DNA of 44,008 bases from an uncultured bacterium (lineage in GTDB: Bacteria > Patescibacteriota > Minisyncoccia > Phycocordibacterales > UBA9973): positions 1 through 44,008 of the forward strand of contig CAITEG010000004.1 of NCBI GenBank assembly GCA_903891365.1. The letters are read 5' to 3'. This document shows positions 1 to 7,908 of this stretch, one piece after another. Under the pieces are notes generated by a model. The model searched no databases and was not told where the DNA came from. It saw only the letters and a list, made by a program, of their open reading frames with translations. Position 1 is the stretch's first letter; each line of letters begins with the position of its first letter. Made by a program: the position numbers and the translations under genes.

Positions 1-774
1 AGATGTCTCATTATATGACAAAACCTTTGTAAAAGATATTTTGTTTTCCACAATATCTCCAATTTTAACTGGACCAACCTCTGTTTCAATCATTGTTTCA
101 TAAGGAAAACAGTAATGACTTTCGTCTAGTACGAGCATATCGAATGACAGAGAATGCAGTGAGGTGATAAAACGTTTAAGCAGATCGTAGTTGACAATCC
201 AGACTTGTGTTTTTAAGTCTATCTCTGATAAAACTGTATCACTATTGATTACAATTGAGCTAAGATTGCTCCATTTTGCTATTTCACTCTCCCACACATA
301 TTTCATGGTGGCAGGACAGATGATAAGGCTACGCCCCGCACGGCTGTGTAGGATGGCCCCTATGGCCTGTACGGTCTTACCTAGACCTGGATCATCAGCG
401 AGCAATGCTCGATAGTTAGTATTGACCAAGAAATCTATTCCTACCTTTTGGAATGGATAGAGAGTTCCTTTTAGACCAGGAATAGCAATATCACTATCAG
501 AAGCAGTTTTAACTTTCGAAAGTTTCTCTAATCTTTTTTCTTCTTGTTCTTTTTTTGTTATTAAATCATAAGCTTCTGGTGTCATTTCTATGCGACCAAA
601 CTTATTTGTTAATAAAACAAGGACTGAAAGATCTTCAAACATCCAAGCTTTATAAGTAGTACTATATTCAAAATTGTTATCATATGAATTTTTAAATGTT
701 TTGCAATACTCAACAACCTCCGGCGTGTAGTCGTAGCTAAAGGAGAACTTGTTGTTTATTACATCTATTTTCAT
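1..774 (-). CDS. SNF2/Rad54-family helicase, N-terminal portion (ORF runs off the left window edge)
   Basis: Own minus-strand translation from the ATG at 772-774 (MKIDVINNKFSFSYDYTPEVV...) stays open to base 1, so it is not on the ORF track. It has helicase motif I LLADDPGLGKT (373-405) and the DExH box MLVLDESH (115-138). Confidence 0.8.
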   Translation of the reverse strand, partial: MKIDVINNKFSFSYDYTPEVVEYCKTFKNSYDNNFEYSTTYKAWMFEDLSVLVLLTNKFGRIEMTPEAYDLITKKEQEEKRLEKLSKVKTASDSDIAIPGLKGTLYPFQKVGIDFLVNTNYRALLADDPGLGKTVQAIGAILHSRAGRSLIICPATMKYVWESEIAKWSNLSSIVINSDTVLSEIDLKTQVWIVNYDLLKRFITSLHSLSFDMLVLDESHYCFPYETMIETEVGPVKIGDIVENKISFTKVLSYNETS

Positions 775-948
775 AGTCGTTCATATTATTTATTAATTTG
801 AAGTGCTGATGGCAGATGGTATCGGTGTTTCACCGATGCGTATACGCTCCTTATCCCTAGAAGACACCCATAATACCGACGCTCCTTGATCTTCTTCGCT
901 TTATCGGGCAGGCAAGGAATTGCTCAACCACCTGTAATCAACACTCCA

Positions 949-1194
949 CTATTCACTCCCACCTTCTATCTTACTCTCCTCGACAATCTTTGTCAAGTCC
1001 TCATTCTTCGGGTTTATGTGTTTTTGAGACTTCTTTTTTAGAGATTCTTTTCTCTCCCACCACATACGAGTGCTAAAAAGTCTTGAAATCATACCTCCCC
1101 GAGGTTGACGGATTGCAAATTTTGTGCTCTTCTCTTCACGTGTACGCATACCTGTCTTACGAGCTATTTTAGTTTTCTGTTTGTGGGTTAACAT
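949..1194 (-). CDS. hypothetical small basic protein (81 aa)
   Basis: ORF track. Lys/Arg-rich, same strand as its neighbours, no recognisable motif. Confidence 0.35.
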   Translation of the reverse strand: MLTHKQKTKIARKTGMRTREEKSTKFAIRQPRGGMISRLFSTRMWWERKESLKKKSQKHINPKNEDLTKIVEESKIEGGSE

Positions 1195-1275
1195 ATTTGT
1201 TGATTATAAAGAACATTAGTAAATGGAAAAGAAAATCTGCAAGCAGACCCACTACAAAACCTAGAGCAAAAAGAT

Positions 1276-1713
1276 TTATATGCATGGCTTTTTATCCCAA
1301 AGGGTTCCTGCGTCATCACATAATTGGAAGGATGATTCTTTTTCTTTAGGTTGACTAATTGGACGACCCATATCTTGAATAATAGAATCTGTAGTTATGG
1401 TTCTTCCATCCCAATTTAAGGATGGAATTGGATAGTCACCAAAACGCCCTCTTTCGCCAATAGCGCCACTACCACCAATAGTAGTGCCTGCTGAAACATA
1501 ACTGTGTTGCATAGACGAACTAGATCTTATCTGGCCGGGATCCCCTGCAGCACTAGAAAAACGTATTGCCTGCATTTGTTCAGGACTAAGTGTTGCAAAT
1601 GGACTTGATGATTGTGATCGACGAAGATTCTCATCAAGAGCATCAAAAGCACTAGTGAGATTAGGATCACTCATTTCATCACTGGATTGGGGGTTATTCG
1701 TATAAGCAGGCAT
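1276..1713 (-). CDS. hypothetical protein (145 aa, Ser-rich)
   Basis: ORF track. Co-directional, sits 6 nt downstream of the preceding gene, no motif recognised. Confidence 0.45.
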   Translation of the reverse strand: MPAYTNNPQSSDEMSDPNLTSAFDALDENLRRSQSSSPFATLSPEQMQAIRFSSAAGDPGQIRSSSSMQHSYVSAGTTIGGSGAIGERGRFGDYPIPSLNWDGRTITTDSIIQDMGRPISQPKEKESSFQLCDDAGTLWDKKPCI

Positions 1714-1719
1714 AATTTT

Positions 1720-2310
1720 TTAATTATTTTCTTTCATCAATAAAGCGAGTCTCTCGTGGTAGTTGAGCAAGCGTTTCATCTCGCTCTCAAACCAAGCGTC
1801 ATCGCGCAAAACATGGCCTATTTCCTTAAGAATTAGACTATTATCTGTCTCAAGTGGTTGAAAGATAAAGGCTTCCGGCCGATTGCATATCGTGCAGTAG
1901 AGTTTGGCTTGGTGGTCGTGGTAATCTTTACTTTTTGCAAAGATGTTTTCTGATGTTTTGAATTCCCAGACCGAATCATCTGGGAGGTGATCGACCTTAC
2001 CGACAACGGTGAACTTCTTTTCACCGTCAACGATATAGTCGTACTCGAATTTGATTTCATTCCTTTCTTTGGGGAGATATTTCTGGACGAGCTCATGAGT
2101 CTGTATCCCCTTTATCATACGCATTGCGCTGGAAAAGTCAATATCCTCAATATCGAAGTATTTTGCAGGAGGAATTCCCCATGGAATTTTGGACGCCTCC
2201 AACATGTTGTACAACATGGAACAAGAATAGCGGCCGAACTTCTTCGGGTAGCCTCGTGAAGCCTCTAGGACTTTTGGTGTTAGATCTATGATAAGGGGAT
2301 CATTTTTCAT
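1720..2310 (-). CDS. PD-(D/E)XK nuclease (RecB/Cas4-like exonuclease fold)
   Basis: The motif series VGKVDHL (hhGxhD), VWEFKTS (ExK) and HQAKLY (QxxxY) occurs in canonical order and spacing. The gene lies in a replication/recombination neighbourhood. Confidence 0.6.
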   Translation of the reverse strand: MKNDPLIIDLTPKVLEASRGYPKKFGRYSCSMLYNMLEASKIPWGIPPAKYFDIEDIDFSSAMRMIKGIQTHELVQKYLPKERNEIKFEYDYIVDGEKKFTVVGKVDHLPDDSVWEFKTSENIFAKSKDYHDHQAKLYCTICNRPEAFIFQPLETDNSLILKEIGHVLRDDAWFESEMKRLLNYHERLALLMKENN

Positions 2311-2507
2311 GTGTATATATTGAATACTGTTAATATCTCACCATTCTTTCTTTTTACTAGATATTCCTTGAGAAAATTACGACTACTTACATACTCGGAA
2401 CCTAAGATCTTTACTTCTTCGTAGTGCCCCTCACTGTTGTTACCAAAGAATATATTTGTATTCTTTTTGGTTTCTACCCAGATGTAACCTGTTGGAATTT
2501 TTTTCAT
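2307..2507 (-). CDS. hypothetical protein (66 aa)
   Basis: ORF track. Its stop overlaps the downstream start as ATGA (2307-2310), suggesting translational coupling. Confidence 0.4.
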   Translation of the reverse strand: MKKIPTGYIWVETKKNTNIFFGNNSEGHYEEVKILGSEYVSSRNFLKEYLVKRKNGEILTVFNIYT

Positions 2508-2689
2508 AGGAATAAATATTCTTCAAAGAATTTCATTGCTAACATTTCACAATTACCATCTCTCCCTCCTCCCCCCAAGACATAAGACAAATCAACTAAA
2601 GAAAGGAAGAGAACTACTAATATGAATATTGGTAGAAAGACTATTTTTATTAGTCCTTTGACAAAATAATAGATGTGTTTCATAATCAT
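2504..2689 (-). CDS. small membrane protein (61 aa)
   Basis: Hydrophobic stretch IVFLPIFILVVLFLSLV. It has a 4-nt overlap with the next gene. Its start context AAACTAAATGATTATGA is duplicated at 3043-3060. Confidence 0.4.
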   Translation of the reverse strand: MIMKHIYYFVKGLIKIVFLPIFILVVLFLSLVDLSYVLGGGGRDGNCEMLAMKFFEEYLFL

Positions 2690-2699
2690 TTAGTTTTTA

Positions 2700-2942
2700 T
2701 TATGATAAGAAATAGCACTCTCCTTTGTGTGCCAAAGAAGGCCAAGAAATAGCACTCTCCTTTGTGTTCCAAAGAAGGCCGCCACAAAGAGGACAACCAT
2801 TTGTAAACCACCAATTCCCAGACCAATGGAACATCATTTTTTCTAACCAAAAACGAGTTAAACACTTACCACAATAGACAGGTAGAAAAAGAAACTTCAA
2901 TTTATCTTTTTTAACATTATATGCTTTAAATTTAGTTCTCAT
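2700..2942 (-). CDS. Cys-rich, zinc-ribbon-like small protein (80 aa)
   Basis: CGKC ... CPLCGG pairs. The 3' end carries a 37-bp tandem duplication. Confidence 0.4.
   Translation of the reverse strand: MRTKFKAYNVKKDKLKFLFLPVYCGKCLTRFWLEKMMFHWSGNWWFTNGCPLCGGLLWNTKESAISWPSLAHKGECYFLS
2707..2780. repeat. 37-bp direct tandem duplication (2 copies, 1 mismatch)
   Basis: aagaaatagcactctcctttgtgtgccaaagaaggcc (2707-2743) is repeated at 2744-2780 with g2731 replaced by t. Confidence 0.9.
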
Positions 2943-2943
2943 A

Positions 2944-3051
2944 TTATTTTGAATAGATATTTTTTGCTAAATGCCATGCAGCTGAGATTACAAAGGTTAA
3001 AACAAACAATAATCCTATAAATGCAAAACAATCTAAAATTGTCATAATCAT
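2944..3051 (-). CDS. small membrane protein (35 aa, below the ORF-track cut-off)
   Basis: Own translation: MIMTILDCFAFIGLLFVLTFVISAAWHLAKNIYSK. Its ATG overlaps the upstream TGA stop as ATGA (3048-3051). Confidence 0.35.
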   Translation of the reverse strand: MIMTILDCFAFIGLLFVLTFVISAAWHLAKNIYSK

Positions 3052-3287
3052 TTAGTTTTATTAACTTTATTAAGTTTCTGAATACTGTCGTACTTGATCT
3101 GTCGCACTCGCTCTCTAGTCATCTTAAGTTCAACTGCTATCTCTTCTAGAGTGTGACGAGAATAAGATCCGAACCCATAGTATTTCTCTATGATCTCTTG
3201 TTCACGCTTATCAAGTACATTAAAGTTCTTGGTATAAATTGTCAATACCCTTTCCGCTGCTGTGATATTTTTTACTTCTTTTGCCAT
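3048..3287 (-). CDS. stand-alone sigma-70 region-4 (HTH) protein
   Basis: LDKREQEIIEKYYGFGSYSRHTLEEIAVELKMTRERVRQIKYDSIQKL matches the sigma-70 region 4.2 pattern (TLeEIa..l..TRERVRQI). No regions 1-3 are present. I prefer the ATG at 3285-3287 (MAKEV...). The track's longer form starts at a GTG at 3332 inside a hairpin arm. Confidence 0.65.
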   Translation of the reverse strand: MAKEVKNITAAERVLTIYTKNFNVLDKREQEIIEKYYGFGSYSRHTLEEIAVELKMTRERVRQIKYDSIQKLNKVNKTK

Positions 3288-3315
3288 AATTTTTAATAAT
3301 TTTTTATAATATCCG

Positions 3316-3359
3316 ACCTTCGATGTGACCACGAGTTACCGAATGGTCACATCGAAGGT
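3316..3359. promoter_or_regulatory. perfect 16-bp inverted repeat with a 12-nt loop
   Basis: accttcgatgtgacca (3316-3331) pairs with tggtcacatcgaaggt (3344-3359). It lies about 30 nt upstream of the sigma-like gene start. Confidence 0.7.
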
Positions 3360-3540
3360 AAGATGAACGATAATCTTACCTTCTTACCCTCTCGGGTTGT
3401 AAAATAGACTTATTGGGTTTCGGAGAAAAAATGAGCTATTAGCTCTCCCAATAAACCTTCCCGCGCTAATCCTCGTAAGCCACTGAGCCAACTTTGTTTA
3501 GTACCAAGTAAGACATGCCTGCTTACCCAGTACTATAGCC

Positions 3541-3569
3541 AGTGTATACCCCGGGGCTACCTTTGTCAA
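3541..3569 (-). promoter_or_regulatory. possible leftward sigma-70-type promoter
   Basis: The reverse complement of 3564-3569 is TTGACA. After a 17-bp spacer, the reverse complement of 3541-3546 is TACACT. Confidence 0.3.
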
Positions 3570-3573
3570 TACC

Positions 3574-3602
3574 TTGACAGGTTTCACGTTGCTAGCTATA
3601 AT
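3574..3602 (+). promoter_or_regulatory. consensus sigma-70-type promoter
   Basis: TTGACA (3574-3579), an exact 17-bp spacer, then TATAAT (3597-3602). It lies 51 nt upstream of the ATG at 3654. Confidence 0.7.
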
Positions 3603-3653
3603 GAATCCATTAACCAATGGAGGTTGATATTAATACAAGAATAAATTTATTTT

Positions 3654-3977
3654 ATGGCAGATAAAAACAATGAGCCAAAGGCTATTAAAGAAGGTTTACA
3701 AGACGGAGGCATCTATTGCACGCGGGATTTGTATCTAGCAGCTACACTGGTTACCCTCAAATTTTATATGGAGGGGATAGACTACCAAATCGAGGGCACG
3801 AAGAATAACCCTGTCGGTTACTTCAAGTTCACAGAGACACCTGAACTACGTGATGCACGACAGAAGTATCTACAAGGACTGATTCTTGTGGAACCACAAG
3901 ACTATGTTCAGAAGATGCACGCTTTAAAGGCGGAAGTCCAGAACATGTCAATGAACCCCCACAATAAAGTTGCTTAG
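3654..3977 (+). CDS. hypothetical protein (107 aa), possibly DUF5659-like
   Basis: It is the only plus-strand gene in the left arm and has its own consensus promoter. The pattern TRDLYLAATLV...GYFKF resembles my memory of the small phage-associated DUF5659 domain. This was not verified. Confidence 0.5.
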   Translation: MADKNNEPKAIKEGLQDGGIYCTRDLYLAATLVTLKFYMEGIDYQIEGTKNNPVGYFKFTETPELRDARQKYLQGLILVEPQDYVQKMHALKAEVQNMSMNPHNKVA

Positions 3978-6313
3978 TCGTCAACACCTTCAGCCTCTAC
4001 AGCTTCGTTGGTGACAAAGTCATCTTTACTAAAGAGTGAAGCTTTACTAATTAGTTTGAGTGTCTTTGTAGTTGGGTACCACCTATTGTTTCGTACTCCA
4101 CCTATCTGCACTTGTTTCTTTTCTAGGAACAGGATTCTGCGTAGCATACCTCCAATCTTTCTATTCATGTATCCTGGCATATCGCGCCCTAGAGGTGCAT
4201 TACCAAGCCACACGGCTTGATAGACTTGCAAGACGGTAACGCCATCTTCTATATTTCGCGCAAAGTCAGCATACCAAGAGATAAGCTCTTCCTCATGGCC
4301 CTCACTATCCATACGAGATTCCTGGAGATCTGTCAACTCCTCTGGGTACTCCCAAGTAGTCTCGCCATCTTTTATGGCGCGGAAGTATGCTTCGGCTAGA
4401 ATCTGTTCCCTATTCTCTTTAAGCCAATCCAAGTCAGCTGGATGTTCCAGTTTGACAGGGAGGAAACGTCTGTTCCCACTATCATCTTTGAGATACTCTG
4501 TATCATTTGTGGTCATAGCAAAGACGCAGTGACGCTTCATCCTGCTCCAGCCTGATTCATAAGGAAGGCGCACCTGGTCTTCAGTTTTAGTAATAGTGGC
4601 TTTCATTTCCCTAACTTCTGTGCGATTAAGAGTCTCACCCTCTGCAAGCTCTACTATCACATTGTGAGCAAGAAGCATTGCAAAATCCTTGGCTGCCGCC
4701 CCATCTACGCGCGCAGTGGATTCAACGTGCCATTCACCCCCTAGCACGGCTAGAGAGGTTGTTTTCTTCCACCCCTGTGGCCCTTCTAGAACAAGAACCT
4801 CGTCAAATTTACATCCAGGACGAACCACGCGTTTGATGAGACCTTTGATCCAATTAGCCCCTATGGCCTGGTGGAGGGGATCATCCGGCGTGCCATACGT
4901 TTTGTACATCCAAGAATCTAGACGGGGGGACCGGTCCCACTCGAATGATGTGAAGTAGTCGCGCACTGGATTTACTTGGTTGTGGCGTGCATACGCTACT
5001 ACGGAAGCTTCTACTTTTGCGTAGCTTACATTTGCGAAGTGTGGGTAATAGGTGCGCTGGATATAAACTTGGGCATTTATGATAAAAGCCTTGCATAAGT
5101 CTTCCCAAACCCCACGCTCGTTTAGGGCTTCTGTCATATATGAGAAGCTGTTGTAGCGGAAGCGATCTTTTAGATATAGATCTTCTTTAAATATACGTAT
5201 GATATTTTCTTCGTTATTGTCATAGATTAAGCGACCCTTGACACCAGGTTTAGATTGTAGTGTAGCAAGAACCCTCTCCACCTCATCGTCATTGACAACA
5301 GGCGCTCCAGCTTCGCAATGAGACTTACTCCCTTCATAAACTTCACGACACCCTTTTATTGCTTTGTCAATAGTGCGTTCTCTGTAGTTTGGTCGCTTCT
5401 GTGTCTTCTCGCGCGCACCCAATGGAGAGCTCATCCAAGCTTTTTCAATTAGAGTTGCGTCACGACCAAACCAAAAAGCAAGGTGTGAGCAAAGCCCTAA
5501 GTCTGCGGAGCTGTGGTCGCCCGTATATTCGGAAAGATCACCGTCCCAGAGTGCACGAATGGCTTTCCCATTCTTTGAGGCAAACATTTTTTCTAGAAGA
5601 TCGTCGTAGTCTGCGACGCTAGCTCCTGTAGAAATAGGAGTAAGAGAAGCAGTTTCACCCTGTGAAGCGTCCTTACGACCTCCCCAAGGATAGCCCAGCA
5701 AAGCCAGGATTTCCTCTAGCTCTTCTGTCGTGACACTACAGACAGGAACATTACAGATGGTATCGCCAGTAAAGGTAAAGTAACGACCAGACGCATAAAT
5801 CTCAACCTCGGGTTCTCCACGAAGTTTGTATTCTTTCGGTGTGCGATTTAAGATTGGAACATAGCGTTCATCTAATTTGAAAAATGCGTGTATACCAGTG
5901 CCTGAAGGTGACTTCTCCATATAGGTGGACGCTGTTTCTACGAATGGTTGTATCGCCACGTCAAGGATAGGATCGCCATCAGGCCCATAAGCTATGACGT
6001 GATCAAGATCTACCGCAACTATATTTTCTGCTTCAAAGACAACACCAACACCCCCAGCAAGGATGGGAGCTACTCCTTCTTTGTAGTGAAGGTCGCCTAG
6101 GAAGTTTGGACGCGCCTTGTCAACTACGGAATATGTGGTCCAAGTGTTTGGGTCGGTTGAGGAACCGTAGGAACCGTCGTACCGATAGGGTACTTTGGTT
6201 CGACGTTTCTCACCACCCTCCTGGATACTTCGTTCCTCAAGGCGCCAATTCATCCATATCTTTTTTTCTCCATATTCCTTGATGAACTCATTCTCAGTTT
6301 CTTTATCTTTCAT
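3974..6313 (-). CDS. primase-polymerase (Prim-Pol) + PriCT + VirE-like P-loop NTPase (replicative primase/helicase)
   Basis: Prim-Pol motifs AVDLDH and SPSGTGIHAFF. PriCT-like segment GDHSSADLGLCSHLAFWFGRD. Walker A-like LEGPQGWKKTT, Walker B VIVELAEG, then FAMTTN and RRFLPV, as in the VirE/D5-like NTPases. Confidence 0.8.
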   Translation of the reverse strand: MKDKETENEFIKEYGEKKIWMNWRLEERSIQEGGEKRRTKVPYRYDGSYGSSTDPNTWTTYSVVDKARPNFLGDLHYKEGVAPILAGGVGVVFEAENIVAVDLDHVIAYGPDGDPILDVAIQPFVETASTYMEKSPSGTGIHAFFKLDERYVPILNRTPKEYKLRGEPEVEIYASGRYFTFTGDTICNVPVCSVTTEELEEILALLGYPWGGRKDASQGETASLTPISTGASVADYDDLLEKMFASKNGKAIRALWDGDLSEYTGDHSSADLGLCSHLAFWFGRDATLIEKAWMSSPLGAREKTQKRPNYRERTIDKAIKGCREVYEGSKSHCEAGAPVVNDDEVERVLATLQSKPGVKGRLIYDNNEENIIRIFKEDLYLKDRFRYNSFSYMTEALNERGVWEDLCKAFIINAQVYIQRTYYPHFANVSYAKVEASVVAYARHNQVNPVRDYFTSFEWDRSPRLDSWMYKTYGTPDDPLHQAIGANWIKGLIKRVVRPGCKFDEVLVLEGPQGWKKTTSLAVLGGEWHVESTARVDGAAAKDFAMLLAHNVIVELAEGETLNRTEVREMKATITKTEDQVRLPYESGWSRMKRHCVFAMTTNDTEYLKDDSGNRRFLPVKLEHPADLDWLKENREQILAEAYFRAIKDGETTWEYPEELTDLQESRMDSEGHEEELISWYADFARNIEDGVTVLQVYQAVWLGNAPLGRDMPGYMNRKIGGMLRRILFLEKKQVQIGGVRNNRWYPTTKTLKLISKASLFSKDDFVTNEAVEAEGVDD

Positions 6314-6341
6314 GTTAAATTTGATTTAGGATTATTAATTG

Positions 6342-6369
6342 AGTATACCCCCACCACGGAGGTTGTCAA
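6342..6369 (-). promoter_or_regulatory. possible promoter of the primase gene
   Basis: The reverse complement of 6364-6369 is TTGACA. After a 16-bp spacer, the reverse complement of 6342-6347 is TATACT. It lies about 30 nt upstream of the ATG at 6313. Confidence 0.4.
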
Positions 6370-6479
6370 GAGTTGATTTGTCATAAAATTATGGTGTGCA
6401 ATGATTAAAACTCCCAATACATATCATAGCACACCATTGCATCGAAAAAATATGGCGTACCTTGGCCCTACTATCACTG

Positions 6480-6700
6480 GTGCAATCTATGCAACCTATA
6501 CTCTAATGAGTATTGTATAATTATATATATTTATTGTATATAGTATGTAGATAGCATCGTTGCACAGTAGCACGGGTTGCACTTTTGTGTTTTACGGCTT
6601 AGGTACGCCGTATAATCGTCTGCAACGGTCTTGCAACGATCGACGATTTTTGGAATCGTTGCACTTTGAAAAGGGCTGTTTTTACCCAAAAAGGTTCGAT
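6480..6700. other. candidate replication origin: AT-rich block plus TCGTTGCA iterons
   Basis: AT-rich run tattgtataattatatatatttattgtatatagtatgtag (about 6511-6550). It is followed by ATCGTTGCAC at about 6555 and 6655, inverted copies (tgcaacgg, ttgcaacgat) at about 6620-6640, and GTTGCAC at about 6575. gcaacgat / atcgttgc form an 8-bp palindrome pair. Confidence 0.4.
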
Positions 6701-6993
6701 CACCTTCAAAAGGGAGATCCCCGAAACCCTGAACTTTTCCGAAAATGGCAATTTTTAGAAAATCAGACCCCAACTTGAGCTGTGGAAGGAGCTCCAAAAG
6801 CCCCCAACTTTTCTTATTTGACCCTCCTTTTGAACTGGGGCCGGCAAATAAACAATCTACCCCTTGACTTTCCTTATAAATATCGTTTATTAAAAATATT
6901 TAAAACGTTTCAGTACCTTCTACATACATAGATTCCAAGATACCTAAACTCTGAACTTTTTAGATCTGACGTTACGAAGTAACTACAGCACAT

Positions 6994-7027
6994 GAAAAAA
7001 AGCCAGCGGGCAGTGGGCCAACTGGCT
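6994..7027 (-). terminator. rho-independent terminator (minus strand)
   Basis: Stem agccag (7001-7006) / ctggct (7022-7027). The A-run 6994-7000 on the plus strand gives a U-run on the minus-strand transcript. Confidence 0.5.
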
Positions 7028-7160
7028 TAGTTCATTACTGACGTTACTGACTCTCTTGATCTGAAGCGTTTTGTTCAGCCTCAGTTACAGCGAACTCTCT
7101 AGTTACGGTGCCATCTGGGTTGACGGTAATATTGAAGACTTCTCTTATTTCTGGTTCATC

Positions 7161-7415
7161 TTAATCATCGTCATTATCATGCTCGCAGAAACAGTCCTCT
7201 CTAAGTTCCGCACAATCTGGGCAGTAGCAATCACAGTCTTCTTCAGTTTTGCCACAGAGGGGGCAGATTATTACAGCGTCGTGAGGATGGACGTTCCTAA
7301 GGTTTGGTCTATCCTTCAAGCCCCAAGTTGTCTGACGCAGACAGAAAGGTAGTGTTTCTTCTTTAGAGGGTTCACCCCATAGATACTTAGAGCCACGTTT
7401 CTTACGTTTAGCCAT
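7161..7415 (-). CDS. Cys-rich small protein (84 aa)
   Basis: CPLCGKTEEDCDCYCPDCAELREDCFCEH with an acidic tail. It is the last gene of the coupled operon and has an 8-nt overlap with the upstream ORF. Confidence 0.5.
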   Translation of the reverse strand: MAKRKKRGSKYLWGEPSKEETLPFCLRQTTWGLKDRPNLRNVHPHDAVIICPLCGKTEEDCDCYCPDCAELREDCFCEHDNDDD

Positions 7416-7908
7416 GGTGATCGATGTTAACTTGATTAAATGTTCTAATAGCTTCAGTGGCCACTTCAGAACTTATGGCAACTGGATCGGTCCGATGACT
7501 GGATATTGGATCTACAACTCTTAGGTTGAATACTTCAGAATTATCTGTGGGTTCAATATAGATCAGGCGTTGTCTGAATAGACCAGGAGCCTTCAAGATA
7601 ATAGGGCGTACACCGTGGAGCATGCTCATGGCGATCCACTCGACACCATTGAGCTTATAGAACGTGTCACTTAGGACAGTTCTAATGTGGCCTATCCTTC
7701 CTACGGGACCAGCGAGCTCTTGCTTAGTGTTATGTTTGAGACACTTAAGAATAACACCAGCGGCAGTGCGAGGGCGTAAGCCAACCTTGACTACTATCCA
7801 ACTATCTTGTCTAATAGTTACACGATAGTGGCCACCTTGTGGTGTGACGGTGATTGTGCGACTACCCGCTTTGAAGATAGTGGCTTGACTAACAGGTGTT
7901 TGTTCCAT
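7408..7908 (-). CDS. hypothetical protein (166 aa)
   Basis: ORF track. The ATG is at 7906-7908. It overlaps the upstream ORF by 90 nt, and I saw no alternative ATG. Confidence 0.5.
   Translation of the reverse strand: MEQTPVSQATIFKAGSRTITVTPQGGHYRVTIRQDSWIVVKVGLRPRTAAGVILKCLKHNTKQELAGPVGRIGHIRTVLSDTFYKLNGVEWIAMSMLHGVRPIILKAPGLFRQRLIYIEPTDNSEVFNLRVVDPISSHRTDPVAISSEVATEAIRTFNQVNIDHHG

Noticed and set aside
191-415. A plus-strand 74-aa ORF at the left end.
   Set aside because: It lies antisense within the SNF2 helicase ORF, exactly over the conserved motif I region.
6688-6712. A tRNA-like T-arm (aaggt-tcgatc-acctt containing GGTTCGATC).
   Set aside because: The loop is 6 nt rather than 7. I could not build an acceptor stem, D-arm or anticodon arm from the flanks. 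I found no convincing tRNA anywhere in the window.
6531-6797. Two track ORFs on opposite strands (6531-6797 minus, 6560-6778 plus) inside the long intergenic region.
   Set aside because: They overlap each other almost completely and have odd composition with no start context. They coincide with the iteron/short-repeat region. I treat the region as non-coding (candidate origin).
7071-7352. A plus-strand 93-aa ORF.
   Set aside because: It is antisense to the Cys-rich protein gene and extends over the terminator-proximal spacer. It has no promoter or context.
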